From the NCBI RefSeq assembly GCF_035285525.1, contig NZ_JAYKGW010000023.1, forward strand, positions 1-32,000: a stretch of 32,000 bases of DNA. Reading direction: 5' to 3'. The notes beneath the pieces are model-generated. The model saw nothing but the letters and a program-made list of their open reading frames with translations, searched no databases and was not told the DNA's origin. The translations under genes were made by a program, and so were the position numbers. Shown one piece after another: positions 1 to 8,737 of the stretch. This DNA comes from Okeania sp. GTDB lineage: Bacteria; Cyanobacteriota; Cyanobacteriia; Cyanobacteriales; Microcoleaceae. The stretch's first letter is position 1; each line of letters opens with the position of its first letter.

Positions 1-223
1 TGGGTTGATTTCTAAATGGTTCAATTAAACAATCACTCAATAATATTCTATCTAACACTTGGAAATTTAAGTCATAAATAGGAAGTTTTGAAGCTGGAGA
101 AAAATAAATATCTACTTGTCTAACTTCCCCAGTTACTTCTCAACTAATTTCGACTTTACCAAAAGGTGAAAGTAATTCTTTGAGGTATTGCTTAGAAAAT
201 TGATCGTGGGGTTGTCTTGTCAT
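1..223 (-). pseudogene. 5' part of an Rpn-like / PD-(D/E)XK putative-transposase-family gene with an early in-frame TGA; runs off the window edge
   Basis: Minus-strand ATG at 223-221 gives MTRQPHDQFSKQYLKELLSPFGKVEIS, followed by TGA at 142-140. The same frame then stays open to position 1 (EVTGEVRQVDIYFSPASKLPIYDL...). The N-terminus resembles, from memory, a cyanobacteria-wide family usually annotated as putative transposase; this was not verified by search. Confidence 0.45.
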
Positions 224-1569
224 TCTTTCTGTTCCATAAAAGTTTTAATTGAATTAGCAATATACTTGTCTAAGATTGTCTGACCAATCATATTATAATG
301 GCAGCAATCATCTCGGTAAACTATTTCTTTTTCCTTATCAAAAATCTTCACAGCATTAAATATATTAACATTGGCTTTTTCTAAGCTATTAATTTGAGAA
401 AGTAACACTGGATAACCTTTTCTAACTCCTATGGCATAAGGATGATTTTCAATAATAAATATTTTTTCTTCTGGGCTAAATACTCTTGCTGTCTGATAAT
501 ATTGATTAGGCTGAATAAAATGCAAATACAATATATTTCTTTCGGCTAAAATTTGACTCATTATTAATGATGATTCATACCAGTTTTCAGCAATTTTCTC
601 AAAAGCAACTTCATCTTCTAATACTTCTGACATTTTCTTCAAAGATATGAGACTATTGCTACTATCAATTTTGCTAGAATTTCTGGCGACTTGTTTATCG
701 TATTTAATAATTTCTTCTTGATAGCTATCTAATAATCCTTTAACCTGCAAACTTCTCCAACTATGACATAATACTAATTTACAATTTTCCAATTTATTAA
801 TAGCAATTGATAAATGATTTTTCAGTTCGCTAATTTTGACTATTGCCTTCATTACAGACATATCATTATTAGCTAACTGTGTTAAAGGTAGGATATGTTG
901 TGCGCTCGGCAAAGATAATTCTACTTTTTGCTGATTATTTTGGTAAGATAGTGCCACTTCATTGAACCCATCAATATTAATAACTAAATCAAATTCTTGC
1001 CCAATAGAAAGAAAATAGTTAAGCATTAACAACTGCTGTGGTTGTTTATAACCCCCATTAGCAAAACATAAAATGATAATTTCTTGATCTTTTAATTGGG
1101 GAATTTCTTTTAAATATTGAATAAACCCTGACTCCTCCCGAACTTCATTTAAAATCGTATGTAAAGCAAAATTATTAGCAACTGAACCACCAAATACACC
1201 TATAACAAACTGATTTTTATTGCTTTTAATAAAAGGATAATCATATTTAGATACAAAGCCATAATTATTAATCCTTATTCCTGCAATTTCGTCGGTAAAA
1301 ATTCCTGGTTTTACTACATAGCCGAAAAAAGGATGTAGTCGCTCCACTATTGATTCATTATTTAAGTTTTCATCCAGTCTAGTACCTGTTTTTTCCAATT
1401 CTTCTCTAACTTGAGAAATAGTATTTTTTCTAGTATAAAATAGTTCTTTTTTCTGAGAAAAATAAAATCCCAGTGAAACAGCCTCTAAACCAACAAGTGC
1501 TAAAACTAAGTTAATACTAACTAAACTTAATCCTGTTTTTATTCCTTCAATTAATTTCAAATTTTTCAT
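220..1569 (-). CDS. hypothetical membrane-anchored protein, possibly with an SGNH/DltD-like hydrolase fold
   Basis: 449-aa ORF with an ATG start. It has an N-terminal hydrophobic helix (LSLVSINLVLALVGLEAVSLGFYF). A D-x-x-H motif near the C-terminus (DDCCHYN) and GVFGGS are reminiscent of SGNH-type esterases. The family is not recognised with certainty. Confidence 0.6.
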   Translation of the reverse strand: MKNLKLIEGIKTGLSLVSINLVLALVGLEAVSLGFYFSQKKELFYTRKNTISQVREELEKTGTRLDENLNNESIVERLHPFFGYVVKPGIFTDEIAGIRINNYGFVSKYDYPFIKSNKNQFVIGVFGGSVANNFALHTILNEVREESGFIQYLKEIPQLKDQEIIILCFANGGYKQPQQLLMLNYFLSIGQEFDLVINIDGFNEVALSYQNNQQKVELSLPSAQHILPLTQLANNDMSVMKAIVKISELKNHLSIAINKLENCKLVLCHSWRSLQVKGLLDSYQEEIIKYDKQVARNSSKIDSSNSLISLKKMSEVLEDEVAFEKIAENWYESSLIMSQILAERNILYLHFIQPNQYYQTARVFSPEEKIFIIENHPYAIGVRKGYPVLLSQINSLEKANVNIFNAVKIFDKEKEIVYRDDCCHYNMIGQTILDKYIANSIKTFMEQKE

Positions 1570-1747
1570 AGCATTACCAAATTTTGGTGGTGGTACATAG
1601 TAATGGTATAAGAAGTGTAGAAAATTTAGGAAACGTGAAAAGTATCGAGGAAATTTTTACTCCATTTTTTGGATAAATGGTACACTTTTGTTAATATTTT
1701 ATACTGACAGAACTTATACAAAGAAACCCGATTTCTTTGTTCGTCTA

Positions 1748-2098
1748 TGTAGGGTTTGCTGATTAAATCTAAAAGTCTTTACAGATAAAACTTTTAGCAT
1801 TTTTAGGTATGAAAAAATTACCTGCTTTTAGGTCTCTCCTATCATATAGAATCCGGTTAAAAGTGTATATGTTCATAATTTTCTCTACACTTCAATCTCC
1901 CCATTTCCCTATCTCCCCATCTCCCACAACTATATAACGAGTATTCAACCAGATTTTATATCAAGCACGGTTCCGGAAAAATCATTCATTCTAGGATTTT
2001 AGGTAGACCAAGGGTAGAAAAATCAAGGAAAAATTATTCCTCCTACTGTCTCTCTCTGTCTTCCCACCCTCCCCACACTCTGCTTTTTTCAGAAAGTC
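1748..2098. mobile_element. family-A MITE-like element, interrupted by a family-C element
   Basis: The left end TAGGGTTTGCTGATTAAATCTAAAAG, the internal CACGGTTCCGGAAAAATC and the right end TTTTTTCAGAAAGTC match the other family-A copies (3632, 8443). Confidence 0.55.
1840..1966. mobile_element. family-C MITE-like element nested in family A
   Basis: Inverted termini ATCATATAGAATCCGGTTAAAAG and TTCAACCAGATTTTATAT, with an internal CCCCATCT-type octamer run. A second copy lies at 19375-19525. Confidence 0.5.
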
Positions 2099-2141
2099 AT
2101 GTAAAATCACCTCATCACTCCATCACGAGTCCTGTAAACAT

Positions 2142-2183
2142 AAAAAAATTATAGGGACTTTCCGCAGAAAATCCCTATAATTT
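2142..2183 (-). terminator. intrinsic terminator downstream of the PPC-domain gene
   Basis: On the minus strand, an 11-bp stem (AATTATAGGGA / TCCCTATAATT) is followed by TTTTTTT (plus-strand A-run at 2142-2148). It lies about 45 nt after the stop at 2226. Confidence 0.65.
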
Positions 2184-2225
2184 TTAGATCGAAGGTTGAC
2201 AGCCTTAAATTTTGTTTCTCCCGTC

Positions 2226-3434
2226 CTAAACTAAACCATCTGTAGACGAAGGAAGTGCCCAAAAACCAATAAACTCATCTCGATAGTTGAGTGTGTCCAG
2301 CACTAACTCTCTATTACTTGGATCGGAGGTATAAAAGTGAGTAATATTCAGAGGATTTGCTTGTTCAGCATCCAAGTTGGTCAGTCGGTAAACAGGTATT
2401 GCCTCAGCAGGTGCATCTGCTGGTCTAGTTTCCGTTGTACCCACTGGTTTATAAGCATTAAACGCTACCCCTGTATTGACGAACTGTGGAAGAGAGAGGT
2501 CTATACCAGTCTGAAATGATAAAAAGATACTACCTGTAGCAGTATTAATGTAGCGAAAAACTGGATCGCCCTCATTGACCGGAACATCAAACTCATTACC
2601 TTCCCCCTGATAAAGGTTAGGTTGACCTGTTAAATCATCTATTTCAGTTTGATTAGATGTGAATATATGTGATTGTGATGTAAAGTTCCAGAAGCGCAAT
2701 ACATCTTGAGATTCACCACTAAAATTAATACCTCCAGGATTACCACTAAATTGTCCGACGGTCAATGTATACTCTGTAGAAGATTCTTGTCCATCAGGAA
2801 TACTCACGCTATTATCAACAGGTGTGACTCTGAGCAAATAATTCCCTGTCGTAAGATTTTCAGTGATTAACCCGTTATTGGTTACTTCTGCTGGTACCGA
2901 GTTTACCAAATTTAAGGTGGCGTCATATAACTCTAGTTGAGCATTGTCCTGGATGGCATCTAGTATAACTGTAATCTGACTATCACTAGGGACTTCAAAG
3001 TTATACCAATCATCGGCGTCACTACTACCAACAAAACCATTAACTAATGGATTATTAAACGCATTACCAATAGAAACCGCAGTATCAGAAAAGTCGTTAT
3101 TGGGATCTTCTGAGTTAACTTCTAACAAGTAAAATCCAGTAGTGCCATTAACACTTCCGACTGTAGCTGTATAGTTTATATTTGATACTATCGGATTGTA
3201 AATAATTTGTTCAGCTTCCCCGACGCCACCAGAATCACCAAAAAGTGGTAAATCTGAGGCATTTCCATCTAATATTAATTCAGTGTCAAGAGTAATTTCT
3301 CCATTTGGACTAGGACTAATTGGAAATACTGTCACAGTTAAAGGTTGATTAAAGTCAATTTCTGATGATGGTATTAATATTTGTTCTGCTCCATTAGGGG
3401 CTAAGATATCGCCAACTTGTCTAAAACCACTCAT
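2226..3434 (-). CDS. secreted-type protein with a pre-peptidase C-terminal (PPC) domain and C-terminal F/Y-x-T-S repeats
   Basis: 402-aa ORF with an ATG start. It carries the PPC signature GSSDADDWYNFEVPSDSQITVILD...LELYD...GNYLLRV. The C-terminal third has three related repeats (RFWNFTSQSHIFTS, VFRYINTATGSIFLS, VYRLTN...HFYTSDPSNRE). No obvious N-terminal signal peptide. Confidence 0.7.
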   Translation of the reverse strand: MSGFRQVGDILAPNGAEQILIPSSEIDFNQPLTVTVFPISPSPNGEITLDTELILDGNASDLPLFGDSGGVGEAEQIIYNPIVSNINYTATVGSVNGTTGFYLLEVNSEDPNNDFSDTAVSIGNAFNNPLVNGFVGSSDADDWYNFEVPSDSQITVILDAIQDNAQLELYDATLNLVNSVPAEVTNNGLITENLTTGNYLLRVTPVDNSVSIPDGQESSTEYTLTVGQFSGNPGGINFSGESQDVLRFWNFTSQSHIFTSNQTEIDDLTGQPNLYQGEGNEFDVPVNEGDPVFRYINTATGSIFLSFQTGIDLSLPQFVNTGVAFNAYKPVGTTETRPADAPAEAIPVYRLTNLDAEQANPLNITHFYTSDPSNRELVLDTLNYRDEFIGFWALPSSTDGLV

Positions 3435-3631
3435 TAGTTTATACCTTTTAATTTTCTAAGTTAAAATATCAAGTAAAGCTTGAGATATATTTTCAGGAAA
3501 TTAGGTTTTGGAGCAGCATATAGCTGTTCTTAATTTAAAACCTTGTTAATAGACTCTACTTGATTAATATTAGAACCAGCATACCAAGTTTATAGCTAAC
3601 TTAACTAATTTAGCTAATTTCATTAACTTCG

Positions 3632-3860
3632 CTAATTAGGGTTTGCTGAATAAATCTAAAAGCTTTTTCTTTTAGAGGTAAAAGTTTGAGAATTTTTAGG
3701 GTGTAAAAAAGTGCCCTTGTTCCAGCCGAAAATATTCAAAATTTTAGCACTTTTTGCTTAGTATGGCAGAAAAATTAAGGAACAATTATTCCTCCAAATT
3801 TCTCTATCTTCTGACACTTCCCACTCTCCCACATTCTCGTTTTTCAGGAAATTCTAATTA
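3632..3860. mobile_element. family-A MITE-like element (about 229 bp)
   Basis: Termini CTAATTAGGGTTTGCTGAATAAATCTAAAAG ... TTTTCAGGAAATTCTAATTA form an imperfect inverted repeat. Confidence 0.7.
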
Positions 3861-4122
3861 GGGTTTGCACATGGAAAGTCTGATGGTTAAAGTAGGGAGG
3901 GAGTAGTAGGGACGTTGCACAGTCCGCACAGAGTGAGGAGGAATAGGAGTTATAGAGGAATTAGTTGGAATAATTGTCTCTTAATTTTTCTGTTCTAGTT
4001 AGTATCAGAAGGCTAACTTTTTTAACCTTTCTGACCTAAAAGCTGGTACTTTTTTTAGACAAACAAGTTCCTAAAAGCTTTATCTGTCAATACTTTTATA
4101 CTTTTTCAGCCAGCCCTAATTA
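3854..4122. mobile_element. family-A MITE-like element, opposite orientation
   Basis: It starts with CTAATTAGGGTTTGCACATGGAAAGTCTGATGG and ends with CTTTTTCAGCCAGCCCTAATTA. It shares the TAATTA ends with both neighbouring copies. Confidence 0.65.
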
Positions 4123-4589
4123 GGGTTTGCGCATGAAAAGTCTTTTTGTCAAGGTAGGGACGTTGCAGGAACACCCCTAAAGAATTAAGATTAATAAGGA
4201 GTTGTTGTATAGGAGGTACACGGTTCCCGATAAATCGGAAAAATTATCCCTTGCCCAACTCTTGCACAAATACCAAATTTTTGAGGTTTATAAGCCAAAA
4301 ATCTGGTACTTTTTTTGATATAAAAAGGCTACAATATTTATCTGTGAATCGCAAGCATTCAGCTATTAGCACCTCAGCTATCAGCAATAAAAAACTCAGT
4401 TTTAAGCAAGATATTTAAACGAATCAAGAAAGTGAAAACTGAATTTTGTAGTCAGAAAAATTTCTGATTTATCACCGAGTCGTATCATAAATCTTTTTTC
4501 TCAAAATCAAATCAATAGCTGAGTCCTGAATGCTGAGTGCTGAATGCTTACTGTGAATCTTTTTAGATTTAATCAGTAAACTCTAATTA
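4116..4589. mobile_element. family-A MITE-like element carrying a nested family-B element
   Basis: It starts with CTAATTAGGGTTTGCGCATGAAAAGTC and ends with CTTTTTAGATTTAATCAGTAAACTCTAATTA. It is interrupted at 4351-4551. Confidence 0.7.
4351..4551. mobile_element. family-B MITE-like element (201 bp) with an 8-bp target-site duplication
   Basis: Termini are GCAAGCATTCAGCTATTAGC and GCTGAGTGCTGAATGCTTAC. It is flanked by TGTGAATC at 4343-4350 and 4552-4559. Confidence 0.75.
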
Positions 4590-4735
4590 TTTCAAACGAG
4601 TATAAGCAATATAGGGTTTTCCAGAGTAATAAGATACATCTATTTTTTATTTTTATCATATTTTCTGTTTTCAGTTAAGTTTTCCCTCTATTAATTCAGG
4701 AATTTATTTGGCACGACTACTTAACTTATTAAAGT

Positions 4736-5803
4736 TTACAACTCACAAACCCAACCATAAGATTCAGTAACTTTATCAGTTTTAATATCTTCTAATTTTT
4801 GCAAAACTTGAGAAGCATATTTACGTTCAGAAACAGGGGGTAAAATCATATCTTTACCTTGATAATTAATCATAGAAATATGAGCAATAGTAGCAGCAGT
4901 TCCCATACCAAATGCTTCCGAAAGATTCCCCTCTTCATAAGCTTTTGCTACTTCATCAATAGAAATTAATCTTTCCTCAACTCTAACATTCATATCTCTA
5001 AATAAAGTTAATACACTATCTCTAGTAATTCCGGGCAAAATAGTTCCTGTTAACTGAGGAGTAACAACCACATTATTAATAACAAAAGCCACATTCATTG
5101 TGCCACATTCTTCAATATATTTTTTCTCTTTCCCATCCAACCATAAAACATTATCATAACCCTGTTCTTTAGCTTCTTTATCTGCCAATAAACTACCACC
5201 ATAATTACCAGCACATTTAGCTGCACCAGTTCCTCCTTCAGCAGCTCGAATATATTTATCAGTTACAATTAATTTTACTGGTTCAGAATAATAAGCACCT
5301 ACCGGACAAGTAATAATAATAAATTTATAACTCTTTGCTGGTTTTAGACCAACCGATTCATCAGTGGCAAAATAAACAGGTCGAATATACAATACACTAC
5401 CAGATTGAGTAGGAATCCAATCAGCATCCAGCTTAATTAATTCTTTTAAACCATCAATAAAAATTTCTTCAGGAATGGATGGCATACATAATCGAAAAGC
5501 TGATTCATTAATCCGTTTATAATTAGCTTGCGGGCGAAATAATAAAGGATTTCCTGTCGCACTTCTATAAGCTTTTAAACCTTCAAAAACTGCCTGACCA
5601 TAATGCAGTGCAGATATAGAAGGAGCCATAGAAATATTGCCATAAGGAACAATTTTTACCTCTTGCCAAGTACCATCTAAGTATGTAGCAACTAACATAT
5701 GGTCGCTAAATACTTTACCAAAAGGACTATTATTAATATCTTGTTCTTTAATTCGAGAGTGGCTAGTTTTTTCTATAGATATTTGAGAATTAACTATTTG
5801 CAT
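4736..5803 (-). CDS. ilvE: branched-chain amino acid aminotransferase (class IV PLP enzyme)
   Basis: 355 aa with motifs PFGKVFSDHMLV, LHYGQAVFEGLKAYR, YIEECGTMNVAF and GITRDSVL. Confidence 0.93.
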   Translation of the reverse strand: MQIVNSQISIEKTSHSRIKEQDINNSPFGKVFSDHMLVATYLDGTWQEVKIVPYGNISMAPSISALHYGQAVFEGLKAYRSATGNPLLFRPQANYKRINESAFRLCMPSIPEEIFIDGLKELIKLDADWIPTQSGSVLYIRPVYFATDESVGLKPAKSYKFIIITCPVGAYYSEPVKLIVTDKYIRAAEGGTGAAKCAGNYGGSLLADKEAKEQGYDNVLWLDGKEKKYIEECGTMNVAFVINNVVVTPQLTGTILPGITRDSVLTLFRDMNVRVEERLISIDEVAKAYEEGNLSEAFGMGTAATIAHISMINYQGKDMILPPVSERKYASQVLQKLEDIKTDKVTESYGWVCEL

Positions 5804-5907
5804 TATCGTCTGGCTCCAGAATAGTAACTACAGTTTTTCTAGAATACCATTAATAATTTGATAGTTACAGCAGTTAAAGGAAAAATTAGGAATTTTGGTC
5901 AACTTTA

Positions 5908-6200
5908 TTGTCAGCATTCTACATCGTCAGCATTTAGCGGTCAGCTATTTATTTTTGTTTGAGATAAAAGCTTTATTAGTTGAGGTAAATTGAATCTTAC
6001 TATCAAAACCGACTTGAAAGCTTATATTCATTAGATATCTCCAGAAAAGAGAGAAAAATTAACGCTTAACAGGGAATAATAATTGATAATTTATGGATAA
6101 TAATTGATTTTACTTTTTATTTTTGAAGATGTCTATTATAAAGCTATTTTAGTTTAGATAAGATTTGCTGTTTGCGCAGCATAACCCAGGAAATACTTAC
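5908..6200. mobile_element. family-B MITE-like element (long variant, degenerate) carrying a nested family-D element
   Basis: It begins TCAGCATTCTACATCGTCAGCATTTAGCGGTCAGC, contains GATAAAAGCTTTATTA ... ATAAAGCTATTTTAG, and ends CCCAGGAAATACTTAC. Its subterminal inverted repeats are long. Confidence 0.5.
6031..6135. mobile_element. family-D MITE-like element (about 100 bp)
   Basis: Termini are TTAGATATCTCCAGAAAAGAG and TTTTTGAAGATGTCTA, with an internal AACGCTTAACAGGGAA. A sibling copy lies at 18540-18629. Confidence 0.6.
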
Positions 6201-6402
6201 ACTTTATTTATGGAATATTTCCGTTTGAACTATTCCCCAAAAAATTCAGTATCTTAATCCCGATACTTTATAGCAACCGCCTTGGCAGTTAGGACATGAA
6301 CTGATGATGAATCAAAGACCAGGGAAACACTTTTTCAACTGTTTCCTGTTCCCACTTAAGTGTTCCCTGCTATAGATTTGAGGTACTTATAACTGATAAC
6401 TG

Positions 6403-6471
6403 AATGGGGATGGATTAATTTTAATTGATGATTAACTATCATCCAAATAAAATCAAATACCCATCCCCATT
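6403..6471. repeat. 69-bp inverted-repeat hairpin element
   Basis: AATGGGGATGGATT ... AATACCCATCCCCATT, with 11-12 bp terminal inverted repeats. Confidence 0.4.
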
Positions 6472-6484
6472 TTAACTGTCTAAT

Positions 6485-6703
6485 ACAAGCATTTATCCCT
6501 CAGCTATAAGCCAGCTTCCTGGGTCGTAAATCCCCAGTTCAACTATTACTTTTAGTTTTTGATAAAAGCTTTATTATACGGTTCCCGATAAATCAGCAAC
6601 TTTATTTGAAGTTTTCAAGTCTATATTTGTTGAAACCTCTTCCTTAAAATTGAGTTTTTTATTGTTGATAATTGAGAGCTGACAGCTAATATCTAAATAC
6701 TTA
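6485..6703. mobile_element. family-B MITE-like element (long variant)
   Basis: It begins ACAAGCATTTATCCCTCAGC, contains AGCTTCCTGGGTCG and GATAAAAGCTTTATTA, and ends GCTGACAGCTAATATCTAAATACTTA. It ends 6 nt from the Pmp3-family stop codon. Confidence 0.55.
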
Positions 6704-6709
6704 TATTGA

Positions 6710-6874
6710 TTAATCATCATGTTTGGCAATCACCCAAATAGCATGAATAATTCCAGGAATAAAACCTAGAATTGTTAGCAGAATATTAATCCAAAAAGCA
6801 CCACCTAAACCAACAGTTAAGAAAACACCTAAAGGAGGTAAAAATATAGCAGCTAGAATTCGTAGTATAGTCAT
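6710..6874 (-). CDS. Pmp3/YqaE (UPF0057) family small membrane proteolipid
   Basis: Not in the ORF track because it is 54 aa. My translation is MTILRILAAIFLPPLGVFLTVGLGGAFWINILLTILGFIPGIIHAIWVIAKHDD, with two TM helices and the family-typical PPLGVF and IHAIWVI motifs. ATG at 6874-6872, TAA at 6712-6710. Confidence 0.8.
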   Translation of the reverse strand: MTILRILAAIFLPPLGVFLTVGLGGAFWINILLTILGFIPGIIHAIWVIAKHDD

Positions 6875-7122
6875 TTTAGTTACTCTTGTAATTGTTCAAC
6901 TATCATTTTTTTCATTGTATGGCATTAGCCACAAATTTCAGGAATTATAGAATATTTGAAACTAGAGAATATTAATAATTAACTTTCTAGTTTCTTTACC
7001 AATAGATAATTGATAAGAAAAGAGTTTTTTTAAGTCTCTAATTTTCTAGAGAACTTTACTAATACTCTAATTATCCATCATTCATTATCAATTAATAAAA
7101 ATCTTCCTTCCTAAATATAACT

Positions 7123-8067
7123 TCAACTCTTCCTAGAGCCTTTACCGAAAAACTTAGGAGGTTCGGCTATTGTATAAACTTCCGTCTCAGTGGCGATCGC
7201 CTCCCGGAGATGTTTAGGAACTTGTAAAATTCCCAATAAAGTAACCCCATCCAGCATTCTCAACCCACCAATAGTTTTTTCTGCCAAAAGTTGATCAATT
7301 TCTTCTGTATTAGGAAAACTATTAATCATTGCTCTTGAACCCAAAACAAAGCCCCAGGGTCGGCCATAAGTAGGGACATGACTGCTATAGGACTGAACAT
7401 AAGGAAATACAGCCTTCATTGTATTAACAATTCGAGCATGAAGTTTCATTTCTCCTGGAGAAACCGGACCAGCTTGGACAACAAAAAATCCTCCTGGAGT
7501 AAGTACCTGTAGAATTTTTTCAAAATAATCCTTAGTAAATAATTGAAATGATGGTCCTTCCTCAATAGGATCGGAAAGGTCAGAAATAACTACATCCCAA
7601 CTCTCACTAGAATTATCTAAAAATTCTAAAGCATCACCAATAACTAATTGGAGGCGAGGGTCATTAAAAGCATTCTGGTGCATTTCTGGCAAATACTCCC
7701 TACAAGCTTCTACCACTTCTCCATCAATATCAATCATGGCCACTTTTTCGACAGTTTGCCAACGTAAGACCTCTCGAATAGTTGCTCCCTCACCACCACC
7801 AAGAACCAGGACTTTACGAGGAGAACCATGATATATCATCGGAGGATGTACTAGAGGTTCATGGTATAAAAATTCATCTCCTGTACAAGATTGCCATTTA
7901 CCATCAAGAACCAGTGCTTTACCGTAAATACCTGTTTCTACAATGTACATTTCTTGATAAGTAGTTTTCTTGTAAGCAAGAACTTTAGTAAGACCATGAA
8001 CATAAATATCCCAAGGTGTGATATACTCACTTACCCATAAATCTGCACCAACTTCACTATCTGCCAT
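7123..8067 (-). CDS. speE: spermidine synthase / polyamine aminopropyltransferase
   Basis: 314 aa with motifs VLVLGGGEGATIREVLR, MIDIDGEVV, VISDLSDP and HEPLVHPPM. Confidence 0.9.
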   Translation of the reverse strand: MADSEVGADLWVSEYITPWDIYVHGLTKVLAYKKTTYQEMYIVETGIYGKALVLDGKWQSCTGDEFLYHEPLVHPPMIYHGSPRKVLVLGGGEGATIREVLRWQTVEKVAMIDIDGEVVEACREYLPEMHQNAFNDPRLQLVIGDALEFLDNSSESWDVVISDLSDPIEEGPSFQLFTKDYFEKILQVLTPGGFFVVQAGPVSPGEMKLHARIVNTMKAVFPYVQSYSSHVPTYGRPWGFVLGSRAMINSFPNTEEIDQLLAEKTIGGLRMLDGVTLLGILQVPKHLREAIATETEVYTIAEPPKFFGKGSRKS

Positions 8068-8299
8068 AAGACATACTCCTAAATGAAATATTTATCTCAG
8101 ATATTGAGATAGAATGTAATTTTTAGCACAAAATGGTTTTTGATTCCAAGCAAATTAGTATACAAAGCAGATTTAACGAAGTCAGAAGTTGTTTGGAAAC
8201 TGAGATGTGGAGATAGGGGACGCGGGAATTAAAGGCTTTCTTGGATCAACAGAGTGAGTAGATTGAATGGTCTATTGTTCGAGCTGTGAAGCCATTTTT

Positions 8300-8375
8300 A
8301 CTAATTTAGACCATAATAAAGATTGAAACCTTTATCTATGAATACTTTTAGATTTAATCAGCCAGTCCTAATTAC
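8300..8375. mobile_element. family-A terminal fragment (may extend degenerately to about 8160)
   Basis: CCTTTATCTATGAATACTTTTAGATTTAATCAGCCAGTCCTAATTA. Confidence 0.45.
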
Positions 8376-8442
8376 ACATTTTCTTGACTTTCTATTTCTC
8401 TCTCCCTCTCTCAACTAGAAAATTGATTTGGCACGACTGCTT

Positions 8443-8737
8443 AAGGCTGGCTGATTAAATATAGAGGCATTGAGAGATAAAGGTTTTCAGGTTTTTAGGT
8501 ATCAAAAAGTGGGAAGTTTTAGGCTAGTGAGGTACGGTTCCGGAAAAATCAAAAATTGAGCATTTTTGGCTGACTATGATAGAAGAATCACTCTTACTCT
8601 TTCTCCGGCCAACTTCTCTCTCTGTAACTCCTATCTCTCTTAATTCTGTACAGACATTCCTATGTCTCTAGGACTTCCTACTCCCTACTCCCTACTTCCT
8701 ATTCCCACCATCAGACTTTTTCAGCAAGTCCTAGTTA
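8443..8737. mobile_element. family-A MITE-like element (about 295 bp, apparently full length)
   Basis: It begins AAGGCTGGCTGATTAAATATAGAGG, contains GGTACGGTTCCGGAAAAATC, and ends CCATCAGACTTTTTCAGCAAGTCCTAGTTA. Confidence 0.6.

Noticed and set aside
4706-4724. ATTTGGCACGACTRCTTAA, present at 4706-4724 and 8426-8444, contains TGGCACG like a sigma-54 -24 element.
   Set aside because: The spacing to a TTGC -12 element is wrong (CTTAA instead). Cyanobacteria are not known to encode sigma-54. Both copies sit within about 40 nt of shared flanking similarity, so it is more likely another short dispersed repeat.
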